Assembly (NCBI GenBank): GCA_002700405.1
Contig: PACY01000048.1
Coordinates: forward strand, 33,631-70,836
From: Flavobacteriaceae bacterium
Lineage (GTDB): Bacteria; Bacteroidota; Bacteroidia; Flavobacteriales; Flavobacteriaceae
DNA: 37,206 nt
Direction of reading: 5' to 3'
Under the pieces are notes generated by a model. It was not told the origin of the DNA. It worked only from the letters and a program-made list of their open reading frames with translations, and did not search any database. This document shows positions 34,747 to 37,206 of this stretch, piece by piece; positions within the stretch are counted from its first letter, which is position 1; each line of letters starts with the position of its first letter. Both the position numbers and the translations under genes were made by a program.

Positions 34747-35313
34747 ATGGAAAAAATTATAAATGAAGTTGAAAAAGCATACAAAGTCCTTATAAATGGT
34801 GGTGTAATTCTATACCCTACTGATACTATATGGGGCTTGGGTTGTGACGCGACAAATAACAATGCGATTAATAAAATTAATGGCTTAAAAGGAAGAGAAA
34901 ACACAGCTCCTATGCTAAGCTTGATTAATAGCTCTGATATGCTAAATAAGTTTCTACATGAAAAACCTGAAAATATAGACGATTTATTACAAAAATTTAA
35001 AAATCCAACTACAGTAGTGTATGATAATCCAAAAAATATATCTGAACTTTTAATTTCAAATAAAAATAAAGTTGCATTTAGAATTGTAAATCATAATTTC
35101 TGCAATATGCTTATTGATAAAATTAAAAAACCTATTGTATCAACCTCAGCGAATATTCATAATGAAAAACATCCTATTAATTTTAAAGAAATAGATGAAC
35201 GTATTTTAAAAGGTGTAGACTATATCGTAAATTTACCAAATGAATCTGTAAGCAAACTCCCTTCTTCAATAGTAACAATTAATAATAAGGGAGAGATAAA
35301 AAAACTTCGATAG
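34747..35313 (+). CDS. tsaC: L-threonylcarbamoyladenylate synthase (YrdC/TsaC type)
   Basis: 188 aa. GGVILYPTDTIWGLGCDA, KGRENTAPMLSL, VSTSANIHNE. Confidence 0.85.
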   Translation: MEKIINEVEKAYKVLINGGVILYPTDTIWGLGCDATNNNAINKINGLKGRENTAPMLSLINSSDMLNKFLHEKPENIDDLLQKFKNPTTVVYDNPKNISELLISNKNKVAFRIVNHNFCNMLIDKIKKPIVSTSANIHNEKHPINFKEIDERILKGVDYIVNLPNESVSKLPSSIVTINNKGEIKKLR

Positions 35314-35328
35314 ATAAAATATTTTATA

Positions 35329-36750
35329 ATGAAATTTGAAGAGGCTATTAATGATAAACTTTTTAAAACTATTTCTAATTGTGCAGATCAACTAGGTTTA
35401 GATTGTTATGTTATTGGAGGTTTTGTTAGAGACTACTTCTTAAAAAGGGAATCTAAAGATGTAGATATTGTGGTAGTTGGAAGCGGTATAGAAATGGCAA
35501 AATTAGTTTCAAAAGCGCTTAAAATCACTTCAGAAATCAAAATTTTTAAAACCTATGGAACCGCTATGCTCCAATATTCAAATTTTGAAATTGAATTTGT
35601 TGGCGCAAGAAAAGAATCATATAGTGCTAAAAGCAGAAACCCTAAAATTTTTAAAGGAACACTGAAAGATGATATTAAAAGAAGAGACTTTACTATCAAC
35701 AGTCTAGCTATTAGTTTAAATAAAAAAGATTATGGAACACTAATAGATGAATACAATGGCTTAGATGATATAGAATCAAAAATAATTAAAACTCCTCTTG
35801 ATCCAAATGTAACCTTTAATGATGATCCGTTAAGAATGTTAAGGGCAATACGGTTTGCATCTAATCTCAAGTTCGATATAAACAAACATATATTGGAAGT
35901 AATCACAAATTTAAGTTCAAGAATTAATATTATTACTAAAGAGAGAGTCGTAGATGAAATAAATAAAATATTATTAAGTGAAAAGCCATCATACGGATTC
36001 TTTCTGCTAGAAAAAACAGGATTGCTAAATATTATTTTACCTGAAATAACTGCTCTAAAGGGAATAGATGAAGTTGAAGGGCAAACACATAAAGATAATT
36101 TCTATCATACACTAGAGGTATTAGATAACATAAGTAAGGAAACAGGCAATTTATGGCTGCGATGGGCTGCTCTTTTACACGATATTGGGAAAATGCCTAC
36201 AAAAAAATTTAGCAGTAAAATTGGATGGACCTTTCATGGACATGAATTTGAAGGAAGTAAAATGGTATACAAAATATTTAAGCGATTAAAAATGCCATTA
36301 AATGATAAAATGAAGTATGTCCAAAAAATTGTTTTGTTAAGCTCAAGACCAATTGTATTAGCTCAAGAAAATGTTACTGATTCTGCAGTAAGAAGATTAA
36401 TATTTGATGCTGGGGATAATATTGATGATCTTATGACACTTTGTGAAGCTGATATCACTACAAAAAATAAAGAACGTTTTAAGAAATACTTAGGAAACTT
36501 TAAAATTGTAAGAAACAAAATTATAGAAGTTGAAGAAAGAGATAATATAAGAAATTTTCAACCACCAGTTACAGGAAAAGAAATAATGGAAGCATTTAAT
36601 TTAAAACCCTGTAAAGCTATTGGACAAATTAAAGAAGCCATTAAAGAAGCTATTTTAGAAGGTGATATTAATAATAATTATGATGACGCATATAATATTA
36701 TGCTAAAAGAAGGAAAAAAACTTGGTCTAAGCACAAATGAAAAAAGATAA
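35329..36750 (+). CDS. cca: Class II tRNA nucleotidyltransferase (CCA-adding / poly(A) polymerase family) with HD domain
   Basis: 473 aa. YVIGGFVRDYFL...DVDIVV, RRDFTINSLA, DPLRMLRAIRFA, HD domain FYHTLEV...LLHDIGK. Confidence 0.75.
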   Translation: MKFEEAINDKLFKTISNCADQLGLDCYVIGGFVRDYFLKRESKDVDIVVVGSGIEMAKLVSKALKITSEIKIFKTYGTAMLQYSNFEIEFVGARKESYSAKSRNPKIFKGTLKDDIKRRDFTINSLAISLNKKDYGTLIDEYNGLDDIESKIIKTPLDPNVTFNDDPLRMLRAIRFASNLKFDINKHILEVITNLSSRINIITKERVVDEINKILLSEKPSYGFFLLEKTGLLNIILPEITALKGIDEVEGQTHKDNFYHTLEVLDNISKETGNLWLRWAALLHDIGKMPTKKFSSKIGWTFHGHEFEGSKMVYKIFKRLKMPLNDKMKYVQKIVLLSSRPIVLAQENVTDSAVRRLIFDAGDNIDDLMTLCEADITTKNKERFKKYLGNFKIVRNKIIEVEERDNIRNFQPPVTGKEIMEAFNLKPCKAIGQIKEAIKEAILEGDINNNYDDAYNIMLKEGKKLGLSTNEKR

Positions 36751-37206
36751 TAAAAAGGTAATCTACTGGTTATTTACAGGTTGTGCATTAATTTTTATTA
36801 TGGTGATTATTGGTGGAATCACTAGACTAACTCATTCAGGTCTTTCCATGCCAAGCTACAAATTAATTTCAGGTACAATTCCTCCATTAAATGAACAACA
36901 ATGGAATGAAGCTTTTGAATTATATAAACAATATCCTGAGTATAAGAAACTTAATAGTAGCATAAACTTAGATGAATTTAAAGGAATATTCTTTTGGGAA
37001 TGGCTACATCGATTTATTGGCAGAGTGATAGGTCTAGTTTTTGTTATTCCTTTTATGTACTTCATAATAACAAAACAATTAACCTGGCCAACAATAAAAA
37101 AAACCTCAATATTATTAATATTAGGAGGCTTTCAAGGATTTCTAGGATGGTATATGGTTAAAAGTGGCTTAGTTGATAGGCCTGATGTAAGTCATTACAG
37201 ACTAGC
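36737..37206 (+). CDS. ctaA: Heme A synthase COX15/CtaA, N-terminal 156 codons (runs off the window)
   Basis: Not in the track because there is no stop in the window. The ATG at 36737 overlaps the cca 3' end by 14 nt. The frame reads MKKDNKKVIYWLFTGCALIFIMVIIGGITRLTHSGLSM...IPPLNEQQWNEAFELYKQYPEYKK...WEWLHRFIGRVIG...GFQGFLGWYMVKSGL, the COX15 signature. Confidence 0.8.
   Translation, partial: MKKDNKKVIYWLFTGCALIFIMVIIGGITRLTHSGLSMPSYKLISGTIPPLNEQQWNEAFELYKQYPEYKKLNSSINLDEFKGIFFWEWLHRFIGRVIGLVFVIPFMYFIITKQLTWPTIKKTSILLILGGFQGFLGWYMVKSGLVDRPDVSHYRL

Noticed and set aside
34710-34904. 64-aa minus-strand ORF
   Set aside because: It lies antisense to the conserved N-terminus of tsaC (YPTDTIWGLGCDA).
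35329-36750. HD-domain protein as a possible nuclease or signalling effector
   Set aside because: The N-terminal GGFVRD/RRDFTIN nucleotidyltransferase head with an HD domain is the standard class II CCA-adding enzyme layout.
36856-37065. 69-aa minus-strand ORF
   Set aside because: It lies antisense to the partial ctaA/COX15 frame, which reads through the window end.
1-37206. Scan for tRNA/rRNA genes, CRISPR arrays, IS elements, integrases, prophage genes or toxin-antitoxin pairs
   Set aside because: Every gap is under about 180 nt and AT-rich, with no GC-rich structured segment. I found no spaced direct repeats and no transposase, integrase or phage-like translation in any listed ORF.

Overview
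This is a 37.2-kb, visibly AT-rich and very gene-dense chromosomal segment: 39 complete CDS plus partial CDS at both ends, with intergenic gaps all under about 180 nt. I ran no similarity search. All calls rest on motifs read from the supplied translations and from the DNA itself.

The segment carries hallmarks of a streamlined Flavobacteriia (Bacteroidota) genome:
- a T9SS C-terminal sorting domain on a secreted protease
- a PorV/PorQ-like barrel
- signal peptides ending in AQ
- a long NusB followed by DUF1573 and yajC
- no Shine-Dalgarno sequences
- several TAnnTTTG -7 boxes

Most of the content is housekeeping:
- Nucleotide metabolism and RNA/protein processing: guaB (partial), pyrD, nusB, def, tsaC, cca.
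- DNA repair: recQ, ruvX.
- Secretion: yajC, tatC, secA.
- Envelope: kdsD, lptB, pssA.
- Cofactor handling: a PduO-type adenosyltransferase, meaB, ctaA (partial).
- Also two ABC proteins, a MATE exporter, an M14 peptidase and an M43-like peptidase.

I found no rRNA, tRNA, CRISPR array, transposase, integrase, phage gene or recognisable defence gene. I do not see a compelling novel system.

The most system-like, under-described locus is 28032..31496. It is an overlapping three-gene operon facing a PAP2 phosphatase:
- a TM-less GT2 polyprenyl-phosphate sugar synthase-like enzyme
- a stand-alone tandem LAB_N membrane protein with a 3+1+3 helix layout
- an ArnT/PMT-like GT-C transferase

I read this as a candidate periplasmic lipid A or envelope glycosylation module, with the LAB_N protein as possible carrier-lipid flippase or membrane anchor.

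Secondary items:
- a PorV-like barrel paired with a DUF4105/Lnb-like protein
- a cyclophilin-FKBP fusion with an odd QCGCP motif
- a PUR-alpha-like protein with an acidic tail
- a pssA whose conserved N-terminus lies upstream of any canonical start codon
- a SecA tail with no zinc finger
- perfect palindromes abutting start codons
- two -7 boxes placed so that the transcripts would be leaderless
- convergent gene pairs with no room for terminators
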